DNA of 64,000 nucleotides from Nitrospirota bacterium (GTDB lineage: Bacteria > Nitrospirota > UBA9217), in contig CAVUCU010000001.1 in assembly GCA_963740085.1 (NCBI GenBank), forward strand, positions 1,216,001 through 1,280,000. The letters are read 5' to 3'. Position numbers and translations under genes: made by a program. The notes below the pieces were generated by a model, which searched no databases, was not told the DNA's origin, and was given only the letters and a program-made list of their open reading frames with translations. Of this stretch, positions 1 to 9,824 are shown in pieces (the stretch's first letter is position 1; the number at the start of each line of letters is the position of its first letter).

Positions 1-2
1 GG

Positions 3-194
3 CAGGTTAACGTCAAGAAAACAAAGATCGTAAAAGATATGGTTTATTTCGCTGAGCGCATCTTTGCCGCATTCAACTGCCTTGATACAGGTATCGTCCC
101 GCTGAAGCGAAGCGGAAAGGGAGTACCGGATCAAACTTTCATCATCTACGATCAATATTCTTTTCAATACGGGGCTCCCCAATCCACGGCATAA
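3..194 (+). CDS. 3' end of a hypothetical protein running in from the left edge (partial)
   Basis: Frame is open from position 3 to TAA at 192-194 (QVNVKKTKIVKDMVYFAERIF...QSTA*). No recognisable motif. Confidence 0.4.
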   Translation, partial: QVNVKKTKIVKDMVYFAERIFAAFNCLDTGIVPLKRSGKGVPDQTFIIYDQYSFQYGAPQSTA

Positions 195-570
195 ATGGTT
201 GCTGTTTTCATGTCCTAATCGAATACTAACAAGCAATTACCATACCAGTCCCATATCACAACGATGTGACCTATTATTTTTTGGCAACTCCCTAATTTAA
301 AATGGTTAGATCCTGCTGAGATCGCCCCATCTCCCAAAAAAAAAGTATTGAATAACTTCGATCTGGTGAAATTGCGACATAGAGCTGGTGATTTTCCCCA
401 TTCCAAAATCAAGAATGCATAACTTTTATCACCGACAGATTCCCTCTGTCAAAGTTTTTCCCCCGCATGAAGGGCAGTCGCGGTCCTTGCGAGCATGAAC
501 TTCTTGACCGAACGAGTGAACACGTTCGGATCACTCACCATACTACTTTATTAGCATCTATGAGATCTCC

Positions 571-1425
571 TCAGGTCCTCAGTCGCACCCTGGCTTTTTT
601 AATCAAGACGTCCGGCAGGTAGGATAATTTAAAGACCCGCAAATTCTCCTTATCAAGGTCCTGCTCGAGGTTCAGGTATTTATACTTTGGCGGCAGTATC
701 TTTGCGAAGTTGTTGAACATGTATTGATAGACACCTTTGAATTTCGTCCGCGCCTTGGCAAAGTGCAGTACAAAAGTCTCCTCATTCAGTTCCTCGCCGA
801 GTACGAACCCCGCGGGTTCATCGTCTGCGTAATAGATCCCGCCGCACAGAACCAGGTCCTCATACCGGTCAAGCGCCTCCCCGCAGGGACCGAAGTCCGT
901 GTCATCGGCCTTCATCTCAGAGGTTGAGAGCCAGTCCTCCAGGATAAAACGCGCCTGGTCCAGCCGGTCATTGGTCAGGGGCAGCGCCTCGTGCTTGTAC
1001 GTTTCCGTGAACTGTTTCAGCAGGTTTCTCTTTTTGTGCAGGTGCCTTCCTTTCAGGAGGCTCATCTTTTCCACAGTGTATTCATAGTCTGCATCGCCTT
1101 CAGCAAAGGTCATCTCGAACTCACCGGGATCGAATGCGTGCAGCCACTCCTCGGGGACCGGGAAGAGGAAATCGACGGTCCGCATCATGTCCTTGAGATA
1201 GCCTATGTCCAACGACCGGACATCCACTGTCGGCATGATATAGGAGTGGCCGTCATAGGATGTTCCCTTGATAAAGATCTCCTTGTCTACGATCACCTCA
1301 TAGTCGTGGGTCTTGCGGAACAGATACAGGTTTGAGAAGGTGTACTCGGAGACCGGGAACGTAATGGAACGGAGCCGTTGATAGAGGAGGTCTTTGTGGG
1401 ACAGGCTTAATTTTTCTCCTTGCAT
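571..1425 (-). CDS. DUF2156 / phosphatidylglycerol lysyltransferase C-terminal-like GNAT-fold protein
   Basis: 284 aa with SEYTFSNLY, DYEY..KM..LKGRHLHKKRN, HFAKA...KGVYQY and LNLEQDL...LRVFKLSYLP, typical of DUF2156. Confidence 0.85.
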   Translation of the reverse strand: MQGEKLSLSHKDLLYQRLRSITFPVSEYTFSNLYLFRKTHDYEVIVDKEIFIKGTSYDGHSYIMPTVDVRSLDIGYLKDMMRTVDFLFPVPEEWLHAFDPGEFEMTFAEGDADYEYTVEKMSLLKGRHLHKKRNLLKQFTETYKHEALPLTNDRLDQARFILEDWLSTSEMKADDTDFGPCGEALDRYEDLVLCGGIYYADDEPAGFVLGEELNEETFVLHFAKARTKFKGVYQYMFNNFAKILPPKYKYLNLEQDLDKENLRVFKLSYLPDVLIKKARVRLRT

Positions 1426-1516
1426 ACTCCCACTATAATCAATTGCAGGATTTTGTCAAGATTCAAGAGAAGGTTGCTCGGTTGCTTTTCAACTTTGCCG
1501 GTGCTATCCTTTATCC

Positions 1517-2350
1517 ATGTACAAAAAGGTCCTGGCCGCAGTCAATGAACACCTGAACTCCGAGGTCTCCGCGCGCTATGCGCTCCATCTTGCGAAACAG
1601 GCGAAGGCCCGGATCATCTTCTGCTCCATTGCTTCGAACGGGCTTTCAGGCAAGGCATTCCAGGCGTCTGAGGAAGCGGTCCAGCGGTTGGCCCGCGCGG
1701 CGCATGAGCTTGGCGTGCAGGCCGACTGCGTGCTCGAGACCGGCGACCCGCTCGAACAGATCAAAAAGGTCGTTGCAACGGATAACATCAACCTTGTCTT
1801 CGCGGCAACGCGCCACGAAGACATTGAGAAGCGTTTTTATGCGCGTACCACGGCGCGACAACTCTCCCTCCACCTGTCCTGCTCGGTCGCGCTCGTGCGG
1901 GTCGTACACCTGGGCAGGGTGCACCCGAAGACCATCCTGGTCCCACTCAAGTCGCGTATGGACCACATCGCTGAGCGGGCCTCCTTCGCGGCACTTATGG
2001 CCGGCTCCTTTGACTCCCGTCTCTCTCTCTTCCATACCACCAGACCCATGATGCGGTTCTTCCACGGCGAGATCCACCTGACACCCGTGGAATGGGAAGC
2101 CAGGCTCCCGGCGGACATCGCTCGATTCGTCGAACAGTTGGATCGCTACGACATCAGCCACGAAAAAAAACTCACTCCGGGTGTTGCCGGGCGGACTATT
2201 ACCATCGAGGCGACCGCAAAGCGGCACGACCTGATCATCATGGGCGCAAGCGAGCGCAGTCTCCTGAATTCAATCCTCCGGGGAAATCCCGTGGAACGGG
2301 TGCTGCGAGATACGACTTGCGATTTGATCATCCTGAAGCCGAGGCAGTGA
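1517..2350 (+). CDS. Universal stress protein (tandem USP domains)
   Basis: MYKKVLAAV start; C-terminal DLIIMGAS...LRGNPVERVLRDTTCDLIILK USP motif. Confidence 0.9.
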   Translation: MYKKVLAAVNEHLNSEVSARYALHLAKQAKARIIFCSIASNGLSGKAFQASEEAVQRLARAAHELGVQADCVLETGDPLEQIKKVVATDNINLVFAATRHEDIEKRFYARTTARQLSLHLSCSVALVRVVHLGRVHPKTILVPLKSRMDHIAERASFAALMAGSFDSRLSLFHTTRPMMRFFHGEIHLTPVEWEARLPADIARFVEQLDRYDISHEKKLTPGVAGRTITIEATAKRHDLIIMGASERSLLNSILRGNPVERVLRDTTCDLIILKPRQ

Positions 2351-2384
2351 AACGGTCCGCCATGGAGTCATGGGAAAAAAGAAG

Positions 2385-2500
2385 CACGATGAGGGAAGAG
2401 GGGCAAACGATGCGAGACGCGGGAAAACGAACCGACGTCCATCATCCTTCAATCCTCTCTGCAACGTGCTCTCCGCGCCTCTGTGCCTCCACGGTTAACA
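2385..2500. repeat. Degenerate heptamer inverted-repeat element plus an 8-mer (ctctgcgc-like) repeat
   Basis: cgatgag/ggaagag/cgatgcg/agacgcg ... cgtccat/catcctt/caatcct, followed by ctctccgcgcctctgtgcctccacggttaa. Confidence 0.45.
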
Positions 2501-2519
2501 TTCGCGCCTTCAGTGTCAT

Positions 2520-5204
2520 ATGAAGATCAGCAGCCTTACAACCGATGAAGTCTGCCGTACTCTCGTCACTTCGGAGCAGGGGCTTTCCGAAGAGGAAGCC
2601 GCATGGCGACTGAGCGAGTTCGGCCCCAACGAGATCACGGAGGTCAAAAAAAGACATCTCGTGGTCAGGCTCCTGGGCCAGTTCACACACTTCCTCGCAA
2701 TACTGCTCTGGCTGGCGGCCTTTTTGTCGTTCCTCTCGGAATATCTCCACCCCGGCGAAGGCATGTTTACGCTCGGACTGGCCATCGTCACCGTCATCGT
2801 CATTAACGCTGTCTTCACCTTCATCCAGGAGTACCGCGCCGAGAAGGCGCTTGAGGAGCTTAAAAAACTATTGCCGTTCTTCGTAAAGGTCATCCGGGAG
2901 GGAAAAGAGCGGGAGATTTATGCACGTGAGGTCGTGCCCGGCGATGTTACCCTGTTTTCCGAAGGGGACAAAATACCTGCGGACGCGAGGCTCATCGAAA
3001 CAGCAGGACTCAAGGTGAACCATGCGTCGCTCACCGGCGAGTCCGAGCCACTCCTGAGGAATCACGGCCCTTGTTTAGGAGAACTCGTCGACAGTCCCAA
3101 TATCGCGTTTGCCGGCACCACGGTCATCAGCGGCTCCGGCAAAGCTGTCGTTTTCGCCACCGGCATGAAGACGGAATTCGGCCGTATAGCCCATCTGACC
3201 AGTGCTGTCGAGGCGGGGCTCAGTCCGCTCCAGAAAGAGATCGTGAAGGCGAGCCGTGTCGTCGCGGTCATTGCCGGAATAGTCGGCTTGTTCTTCTTAA
3301 TCCTCGGCTTCGTCATCGGTCGAACGTTCTGGGACAACTTCATTTTCGCCATCGGCATCACCGTGGCCCTCATTCCCGAGGGCTTGTTGCCAACCGTCAC
3401 GCTCGCGCTCGCCATGGGCAGCCAGCGTCTGGCAAAACGGAAGGCGCTCGTGAAAACCCTCACGTCCGTCGAGACACTGGGGTCTGTCACCGTGATCTGC
3501 ACGGACAAGACGGGCACGCTCACGCAGAACAGGATGGCGGTTGCAAAGCTCTGGGTCAGTGAGGAAATCGTCGATCCGGGGGCGGTCATGACCGGGGAGA
3601 CATCGCGTCTTCTCTGCACCACGGCAGCCCTCTGCAACAACGCGCGCCTGGTTGACAACGAGTACCGCGGCGATCCGACCGAAACAGCGCTGCTCAAGGC
3701 TGTGCATGAATCTCTCGGCAATATCCCGGCAAGGCGTATGTTTGAAATTCCTTTTGATGCCGAACGGAAGATGATGACGACCATCCATGCGATGGACACA
3801 GGAAGCGCGGCCTTCTCCAAGGGCGCCATGGAAAATCTCCTTCCCCTGTGCAGCCACATCAGCATCAATGGAGAGCGCAGATCGCTTGATGGTCCCGGTC
3901 GGGACGATGTCATCCATGCCTATCATGCACTCATGGATATGGGCCTCCGGGTGCTGGCCTTTGCCACCAAGGATATTGACAATCTTACTTCCTCCCGCCT
4001 CGCAGGGCAGAGCGGGGTGGAGGGGTCTCCCGCTGAGATCGAGAAGGACATGACATTCCTTGGACTTATCGGACTTCAGGACCCGCCTCGGCCCGAGGTC
4101 CCCGAGGCCATCAGGAAGTGCCAAAACGCGGGGGTCCGCATCATCATGATCACCGGAGATGGCAGCAGGACTGCCCTCGCCATTGCAAAACAGATCGGGC
4201 TTGTTCAGGGCACGGCATTGATCATCGAAGGTCACGCATTTAATCAGATGACCGACCGGGAACTGACCAAAAAACTTTCCGCTCCTGAAATTATTTTTGC
4301 CCGCATGACGCCGAAGCACAAGATGCGCGTCGTGTCCGCCCTGAAGGATATGGATGAGGTCGTGGCCGTGACCGGAGACGGCGTGAACGACTCGCCCGCG
4401 CTCAAGAAGGCTGACATCGGGATCTCCATGGGCATCATCGGAACCGATGTGGCGAAAGAGGCCTCCGACATGGTTCTGCTCGATGATAATTTCGCCACAA
4501 TCGTGAACGCGGTTGAGGAAGGCCGTACCGTATACGAGAACATCAAGAAGTTCATGACCTACATCTTTGCGTCGAACATTCCCGAGGCCGTTCCTTACCT
4601 TGCCTATATACTGTTCAGGATCCCTCTCCCGCTCACCATCCTTCAGATACTCGCTGTCGACCTCGGCACGGACATGCTTCCGGCTCTGGCGCTCGGGTCG
4701 GAGAAGCCCACGCCCGGTATTATGAAACAGCCGCCCAGAAAATTAAACGAGCGGTTGCTGAATTTCTCCTTGATCGCCCGCGCATATCTGTTCCTCGGTC
4801 CGCTCGAAGCAGCCGCCTGCATGTTCGGGTTCTTCTGGGTGCTTAAAACGGGTGGCTGGACTTTGGGCGTCTTGCTCCCTGCTTCGGACGTTCTGTATAT
4901 GCAGGCCACGACAGCCTGTCTGACCGCTATCATCGTTACGCAGATCGCCAATGTCTTCGCGTGCCGCTCTCCGAGGGAATCCCTGTTCAGCATTGATTTC
5001 TTTTCGAACAGGCTCATCTTTGCCGGCATCGCGGTCGAGCTCCTGCTTCAGCTCTTCATTGTGTACCATCCCTTTGGAAACGAAATATTCTCGACCATGC
5101 CGCTCTCGTGGCGCACGTGGCTCATGCTCGTCCCCTTCGCTGTCCTGTTATTGGTAGCCGAGGAGGTGAGAAAGCTCATCGCAAAGAAGATCCCTTCCGG
5201 TTGA
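2520..5204 (+). CDS. Cation-transporting P-type ATPase (type II)
   Basis: TGES, PEGL, DKTGTLT phosphorylation site, KGA, DPPR, TGDGVND motifs; ~10 hydrophobic segments. Confidence 0.95.
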   Translation: MKISSLTTDEVCRTLVTSEQGLSEEEAAWRLSEFGPNEITEVKKRHLVVRLLGQFTHFLAILLWLAAFLSFLSEYLHPGEGMFTLGLAIVTVIVINAVFTFIQEYRAEKALEELKKLLPFFVKVIREGKEREIYAREVVPGDVTLFSEGDKIPADARLIETAGLKVNHASLTGESEPLLRNHGPCLGELVDSPNIAFAGTTVISGSGKAVVFATGMKTEFGRIAHLTSAVEAGLSPLQKEIVKASRVVAVIAGIVGLFFLILGFVIGRTFWDNFIFAIGITVALIPEGLLPTVTLALAMGSQRLAKRKALVKTLTSVETLGSVTVICTDKTGTLTQNRMAVAKLWVSEEIVDPGAVMTGETSRLLCTTAALCNNARLVDNEYRGDPTETALLKAVHESLGNIPARRMFEIPFDAERKMMTTIHAMDTGSAAFSKGAMENLLPLCSHISINGERRSLDGPGRDDVIHAYHALMDMGLRVLAFATKDIDNLTSSRLAGQSGVEGSPAEIEKDMTFLGLIGLQDPPRPEVPEAIRKCQNAGVRIIMITGDGSRTALAIAKQIGLVQGTALIIEGHAFNQMTDRELTKKLSAPEIIFARMTPKHKMRVVSALKDMDEVVAVTGDGVNDSPALKKADIGISMGIIGTDVAKEASDMVLLDDNFATIVNAVEEGRTVYENIKKFMTYIFASNIPEAVPYLAYILFRIPLPLTILQILAVDLGTDMLPALALGSEKPTPGIMKQPPRKLNERLLNFSLIARAYLFLGPLEAAACMFGFFWVLKTGGWTLGVLLPASDVLYMQATTACLTAIIVTQIANVFACRSPRESLFSIDFFSNRLIFAGIAVELLLQLFIVYHPFGNEIFSTMPLSWRTWLMLVPFAVLLLVAEEVRKLIAKKIPSG

Positions 5205-5438
5205 ACCAGTCTGTCATGGCGATCCTTCGGCCATCTCCCCTTTCGTTAATTATGCTATACTATTAAGTAAGCGCCATGTTCATGAAAATCTTCAGTGCTT
5301 TGATCCGATAAATTGAACTCATCATGTTCAGTTGTTCCCGAATGCCGCTAACGCGAAGCCGGTTTTGGAAAATGACCGGAAAAAAACCATCTCCCCAGGA
5401 CCGTCGTTCCGGGAGGACAAATTAAAAAGGGGGGTCGT

Positions 5439-6221
5439 ATGCTTGTAATTGCGGACAATCTGAGTGTAAGGAACAAGACCTATATGGAAGCGGTGAAGAA
5501 GAAGGACAAGAAGGCCATCGGTGCAATGGCGAAAAAACTTGCGGCAAAAGGCGCGGATATGATCAATGTACAGGTCTCGCTGGACGGTGTCGGCGACGAG
5601 AACGCCCTCCCGATGGCGACCGAGGCCGTGCAGCAGGGCTCGAATCTGCCCCTTTGCCTCGACTCTAGGAATGTGGGGGCGCTCAAAAAGGCCGTCCCTC
5701 TCTGCACGGAACCGCCGATCATCAATTATCTTTCCGCGGATGAGAAGGACCCCGATGAACTCCTGAGCCTTGTCCGTGAGACGAGATCGAACATCGTCAT
5801 CAGGGCGCTCAAGGGCACCGTACCCGCCACGCTCGAGGCAAAGCTCATGGTCATCGAGGACCTGATCGAAAAAGCGAACGAGGCGGACATCCCGAACGAA
5901 CGGATCTTCGCCGACCCTTCAGTGGTGCACATCGCCAGGGGCAATGGGCAGGAGCATCTTCTCAATACCCATGAAAGCATCGTAGTATTGAACGAGATGG
6001 TCGACCCGCCGCTCAACACGGCGGTCTGGATCTCGAACGTGACGACGGGACTGCCCAAGAACTTGAAATCGACCGTGGCCTCGGCGTATCTTGCCTATCT
6101 TGCAGGTGCGGGGTTGAGCGCGGCAATGCTGGATGTAAACGATGCGGAGCTTATGAAGACGGTATACCTGATCAAGGCGTTCCGCGACGAGATCACGTTC
6201 GCGGCAGGGGACCTGACATAG
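5439..6221 (+). CDS. Pterin-binding TIM-barrel protein, AcsE-like (methyl-THF:corrinoid methyltransferase/DHPS family)
   Basis: MLVIADNL, LCLDS, IINY, IFADP, ISNVTTGLP and AGL.AAMLD pattern of AcsE-like proteins; RBS aaggggg. Confidence 0.75.
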   Translation: MLVIADNLSVRNKTYMEAVKKKDKKAIGAMAKKLAAKGADMINVQVSLDGVGDENALPMATEAVQQGSNLPLCLDSRNVGALKKAVPLCTEPPIINYLSADEKDPDELLSLVRETRSNIVIRALKGTVPATLEAKLMVIEDLIEKANEADIPNERIFADPSVVHIARGNGQEHLLNTHESIVVLNEMVDPPLNTAVWISNVTTGLPKNLKSTVASAYLAYLAGAGLSAAMLDVNDAELMKTVYLIKAFRDEITFAAGDLT

Positions 6222-6250
6222 GCATTTTGATAAGCTGACAGATCATAACG

Positions 6251-6282
6251 ACGGTGGAGCGATGCATGCTCCACCGTTTCTT
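6251..6282. terminator. Intrinsic terminator hairpin between convergent genes
   Basis: acggtggagc-N7-gctccaccgt perfect 10-bp stem followed by ttctt. Confidence 0.6.
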
Positions 6283-6339
6283 GCATTTGCTTTATGGTAC
6301 CCTAACTAGGACAAGCCGGGGCCGACCATGTGGTGACCA

Positions 6340-7020
6340 TCAGCGAGGCAGGTGTTTCCGGAGTATTTCCGAATAAGGGCTTGATACTTCCTTTTGCACC
6401 AGGATCTGTATGGGCCGTACCTCTTTCCCGTAATAGACCTTGTTGAGGTCGTCGGCGGTCTTGATCACCGAACCTTCAAAGCTCAGCCCGGCGTATAAGC
6501 CCTTGGCCTTTGTAAAGGAAATAAAATCCGCGGTCACGATCTTTTTCATCCCCACCCCCGTGGGCCCGACAGCAACAGATACGTCCCCGCCGAGTTTGAA
6601 CGAGGACGCAAGAACAGAGTCAACGGCCTTTCGGCTCATGGCGAGCATGACCACTTCAGCGCTCTCCGCGCCGATCTGCAAACCGAACGAAACGGACCCC
6701 ACGATGTAGAATGCCGGTTGGCTCCATTCATTCGACTTCTCATCACGGATCACGAGCACGCCGGTGCCGCCCGACCCGCCCCACACGTATCCCGCCTTCA
6801 GCACCTCGGGTATGATCAGAACTCCTTTGGCCTTCGCCAGATGCTCTCGGAACAGCGGAAAGTCCTTATCCGCCATGAATTTATCCAGGGTCATCCCGGC
6901 CCGTCGCACAATTTCCCGAGCGTCAGCGGCTGTATCTGTTGCCATGGCTGACGCGGCTGGAATCAGTACGAGCCCTATCATGACGGCCGAGGTGAAAAGA
7001 GTGAACCCAAAGCGTTTCAT
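6340..7020 (-). CDS. SYLF/Ysc84 lipid-binding domain protein (secreted)
   Basis: Signal peptide; KAGYVWGGSGGTG, GSVSFGLQIG and KGLYAGLSFEGS motifs. Start placed at ATG 7020 with SD aaggaggg. Confidence 0.9.
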   Translation of the reverse strand: MKRFGFTLFTSAVMIGLVLIPAASAMATDTAADAREIVRRAGMTLDKFMADKDFPLFREHLAKAKGVLIIPEVLKAGYVWGGSGGTGVLVIRDEKSNEWSQPAFYIVGSVSFGLQIGAESAEVVMLAMSRKAVDSVLASSFKLGGDVSVAVGPTGVGMKKIVTADFISFTKAKGLYAGLSFEGSVIKTADDLNKVYYGKEVRPIQILVQKEVSSPYSEILRKHLPR

Positions 7021-7161
7021 TTTATCCCTCCTTCGCTCCAATAATTGATCATTGTAGATAGTATAACACGAAGATGAGCAAGTTAAGCTTTGGGGTAAGA
7101 TTAGAAAGGTACGTTAGCTGGATGCATCTGCTCGCAAACAGAAGTAGCCGACCGGACAGGT

Positions 7162-8178
7162 CTATTTGGAGACGTTCGAATATTCCTTCTGCACTTCCGG
7201 GATGAGCTGCTTGTAATCCTCATAGGGTATCTTTGAATGCCAGTTGTCGGTAAGAACGCCGATGCCGATCACCAGATAGAACAGCACGATCAATATAACG
7301 GGGAAAAACCAGGGTCGAACGATATGGACTTTTTTACCAAAGCTGGCAGTGAGATCGAGCGCGCCTTCAGCAGGGCAGCGGCTCACGCAGGTCAGGCACC
7401 CGAAACATTCCTCGGACTTCACCACCTCTTTTTTTTCCACATCGATCAACGTGGGGCAGTTCTTCGTACAGGCGTGGCAGTGGATGCACTTCTCTTCGTT
7501 CCGCCGTACCTTGAACGGGCTGAACCGGCTGAGCAAACCGAGGAGCGCGCCGTAGGGGCAAAGATAGCGGCACCAGAAGTTCTTGTACAACAGGGAGAGC
7601 ACGCCCAGAGCAATGAGGACCCCCATCGTGAGCGTGGTCATCGCGGTGAAGAACTTCAACATCCGCACGTCCACGATCTTGTAGTAGTCGGCGATAAAGA
7701 ACAGGGCCATCATGTTCACCGGCATGGCAATGCCGATCAGGAACAGGAAGAGACCAAGGAGGACATACTTGATCGACCGGAGCGAGATGTCAGTGAAGGG
7801 ACCGATGCGGAAGTTCCTGCCGAACACCTTCTCCCCCGCCATCCAGATATACTGAGACAGCGTGCCGACGGGGCAGATCCAGCCGCAGAAGCCCTTTTTC
7901 ATGACCAGGGAGACGCCAAGGATCGCCGCGAACATGATGAATCCGGACGGATGCGCCGGTTCAACAATGCCGGTCAGGAGGAAGAACTTGAAGTCCATGA
8001 GCCCGCCGATGACCAGGAAGCCGTCCACCGACGGCGGCCTCTGGACGAACGGCTGACCAACGACCTCAAAATGCAGGACGAATTGATAAAACCGGTAGCC
8101 GATAAAGAGTGTAAGCAGAAAAAACGCGGCCTGTACCGAATACCGCAGGATGCGAAGGTATGTTTTCTCAGCGTTCAT
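7162..8178 (-). CDS. Membrane polyferredoxin, YccM/NapH-like 4Fe-4S binding protein
   Basis: FCGWICP and WCRYLCP motifs, two CxxCxxCxxxCP clusters, multiple TM helices. Confidence 0.9.
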   Translation of the reverse strand: MNAEKTYLRILRYSVQAAFFLLTLFIGYRFYQFVLHFEVVGQPFVQRPPSVDGFLVIGGLMDFKFFLLTGIVEPAHPSGFIMFAAILGVSLVMKKGFCGWICPVGTLSQYIWMAGEKVFGRNFRIGPFTDISLRSIKYVLLGLFLFLIGIAMPVNMMALFFIADYYKIVDVRMLKFFTAMTTLTMGVLIALGVLSLLYKNFWCRYLCPYGALLGLLSRFSPFKVRRNEEKCIHCHACTKNCPTLIDVEKKEVVKSEECFGCLTCVSRCPAEGALDLTASFGKKVHIVRPWFFPVILIVLFYLVIGIGVLTDNWHSKIPYEDYKQLIPEVQKEYSNVSK

Positions 8179-8398
8179 TGATTAAGCGTACCCGATAATC
8201 CATAACATTGGTATGACGATAATCATACCACGGTAAAGACGAGAAATATATGCCCGCTCGACGATATTCTGGGGTTCCCGCACATGCACTGGGAAACGAG
8301 ATCGTCGAAAAGAACATGACGAACGGCAAAATACGTGTGGAAGATCAAGAAAACGGCCGATGTTGCTGTTGCTCAATCTCGGTGAAGAGAGGTCATTT

Positions 8399-8471
8399 AT
8401 GAAAAGCTCGTTCTGGGTCGTGGTGGTTATCGTGATAGGATTTCTGGGATTCCTCACCGGCTACAGCCTGC
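8399..8471 (+). pseudogene. 5' fragment of a small membrane-protein gene (MKSSFWVVVVIVIGFLGFLTGYSL), truncated
   Basis: SD gagagg and ATG at 8399; the hydrophobic helix is followed by an abrupt switch to unrelated coding sequence at ~8471. Confidence 0.45.
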
Positions 8472-8742
8472 GACAATATCGCACAATACGGCACCGTGTC
8501 CGCAGACCTCGGGGACTTTACGTACCAGGGCGCTGCATTCATTCCCTATTCCATGAAACGCGAGGACATAACGCGGCTCCGGCAGATCACCTTTAAAAAA
8601 ATTCTACTCGCGGCCGCGCTTTCTGGCCCGGAGGGTCCTGGGCATAAGGAGCCTTCATGACATCCGTGCCGCATTTACCGGTTTTAAAAGCCTGTTCTGG
8701 GTATGGATCAAGCGGGATCTGTTCCGGCGGGGCGAGGCGTAA
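8472..8742 (+). pseudogene. 3' remnant of a B12-binding radical SAM-type gene, with a frameshift at an A7 tract
   Basis: Reads DNIAQYGTVSADLGDFTYQGAAFIPYSMKREDITRLRQITFKK, then (one extra A at 8595-8601) FYSRPRFLARRVLGIRSLHDIRAAF...GEA*. This resembles the C-terminal FY.RP tail of B12-rSAM proteins. No 5' part is present. Confidence 0.6.
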
Positions 8743-8747
8743 GCAGG

Positions 8748-9824
8748 TCAGAGTCCGGCGTATTCCCTGATCAGAGCGGGGTACAGCGCGGGATTGAACA
8801 GTATGTTCATCATCATGTAGCACTCGTGGGTACAGTAACAACCGCTGTGCTGTACAGAGTGAAGCGCTTTTCGCGCTTCACTCCCGGCTAACAGCTTCTT
8901 CACATCACCGTCCCAGTCACGAACATTCCCCAGCTTCCACGTAAACGATTCACAGGGGTAAAGGTCGCCCGCTTCCGTCAGGACCAGGGTCAGCTTGCCC
9001 GCATAACAGGGGACCAGCCGTCTTTTTTTCTGCATCGTATCGTGGATCAAGCGCCTTTGAAGGATGTCTTGGGCGGCTTTAAGCCGCGCGCCCTGGAACC
9101 GGTATCCGGCGAAGGGACGCGCTTTCAGGTCCGATTCAAGCGTCTCAATGGTCCGGCGATAGGCATTCAGGTCAACGTGCTTCAACCCTTCATCCCCAAC
9201 ATCACCCCTCACGAGCGAGACCGTGTGGACCCGTATCCCCTCAAGACCCTTGACGAACGTTAAGAGTTCATCAATGTGTCCCTGGTTTGCAGAACAGAAG
9301 ACGGTATTGATCCCGAGCTCGAAATTCCGGTATCGGTCGAGAAGGGGCCGAAGCTTTTCATAGGTTTCAAGGGTCTTCTGAAATGCTCCCGGTACTCCCC
9401 GCAGTTTATCGTGAACCTCCTCAAATCCGTCGAGAGAGAGCTTCACCGCTACTGTGCTTTTTTGAGAATGCTGCAGGATCGATTCGGTTTGTTCCGCTAT
9501 TCTGTCGGGCAGCAGGCCGTTCGTGGGCAACAGGATGATGGCGGGCTTATTGTTCTCATAGAAGACCCTCGTGATCTCAACGAGGTCCTCCCTGAGGAAT
9601 ATCTCCCCTCCGGAGAACGCGAGCCAGAGCAGCCTGCCAAGCGAGGCCGACACCTTCCGGATCTCGTCGAGAGTAAGCTCCGGTGCGGGAGGGGCTGCCG
9701 TCCGAGAGAGGTAAAAGCAGAAAGGACAGTGAGCGTTGCACTTCCGGGTCAGGAAGAAGGTGAACTGGATCGGGTCATGCTTCCAGACCACGGAGCCTAT
9801 ATGTCGAAGAGGGCTATAGTTCAT
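8748..9824 (-). CDS. Radical SAM/SPASM domain protein
   Basis: CNAHCPFC, SGGE, TNG, SLDG, C-terminal CYAG..YPCE..CYCTHEC. ATG 9824 overlaps the upstream TGA (ATGA coupling). Confidence 0.9.
   Translation of the reverse strand: MNYSPLRHIGSVVWKHDPIQFTFFLTRKCNAHCPFCFYLSRTAAPPAPELTLDEIRKVSASLGRLLWLAFSGGEIFLREDLVEITRVFYENNKPAIILLPTNGLLPDRIAEQTESILQHSQKSTVAVKLSLDGFEEVHDKLRGVPGAFQKTLETYEKLRPLLDRYRNFELGINTVFCSANQGHIDELLTFVKGLEGIRVHTVSLVRGDVGDEGLKHVDLNAYRRTIETLESDLKARPFAGYRFQGARLKAAQDILQRRLIHDTMQKKRRLVPCYAGKLTLVLTEAGDLYPCESFTWKLGNVRDWDGDVKKLLAGSEARKALHSVQHSGCYCTHECYMMMNILFNPALYPALIREYAGL

Noticed and set aside
215-412. 65-aa ORF in AT-rich intergenic DNA
   Set aside because: TTG start without a clear SD, atypical composition and no recognisable motif.
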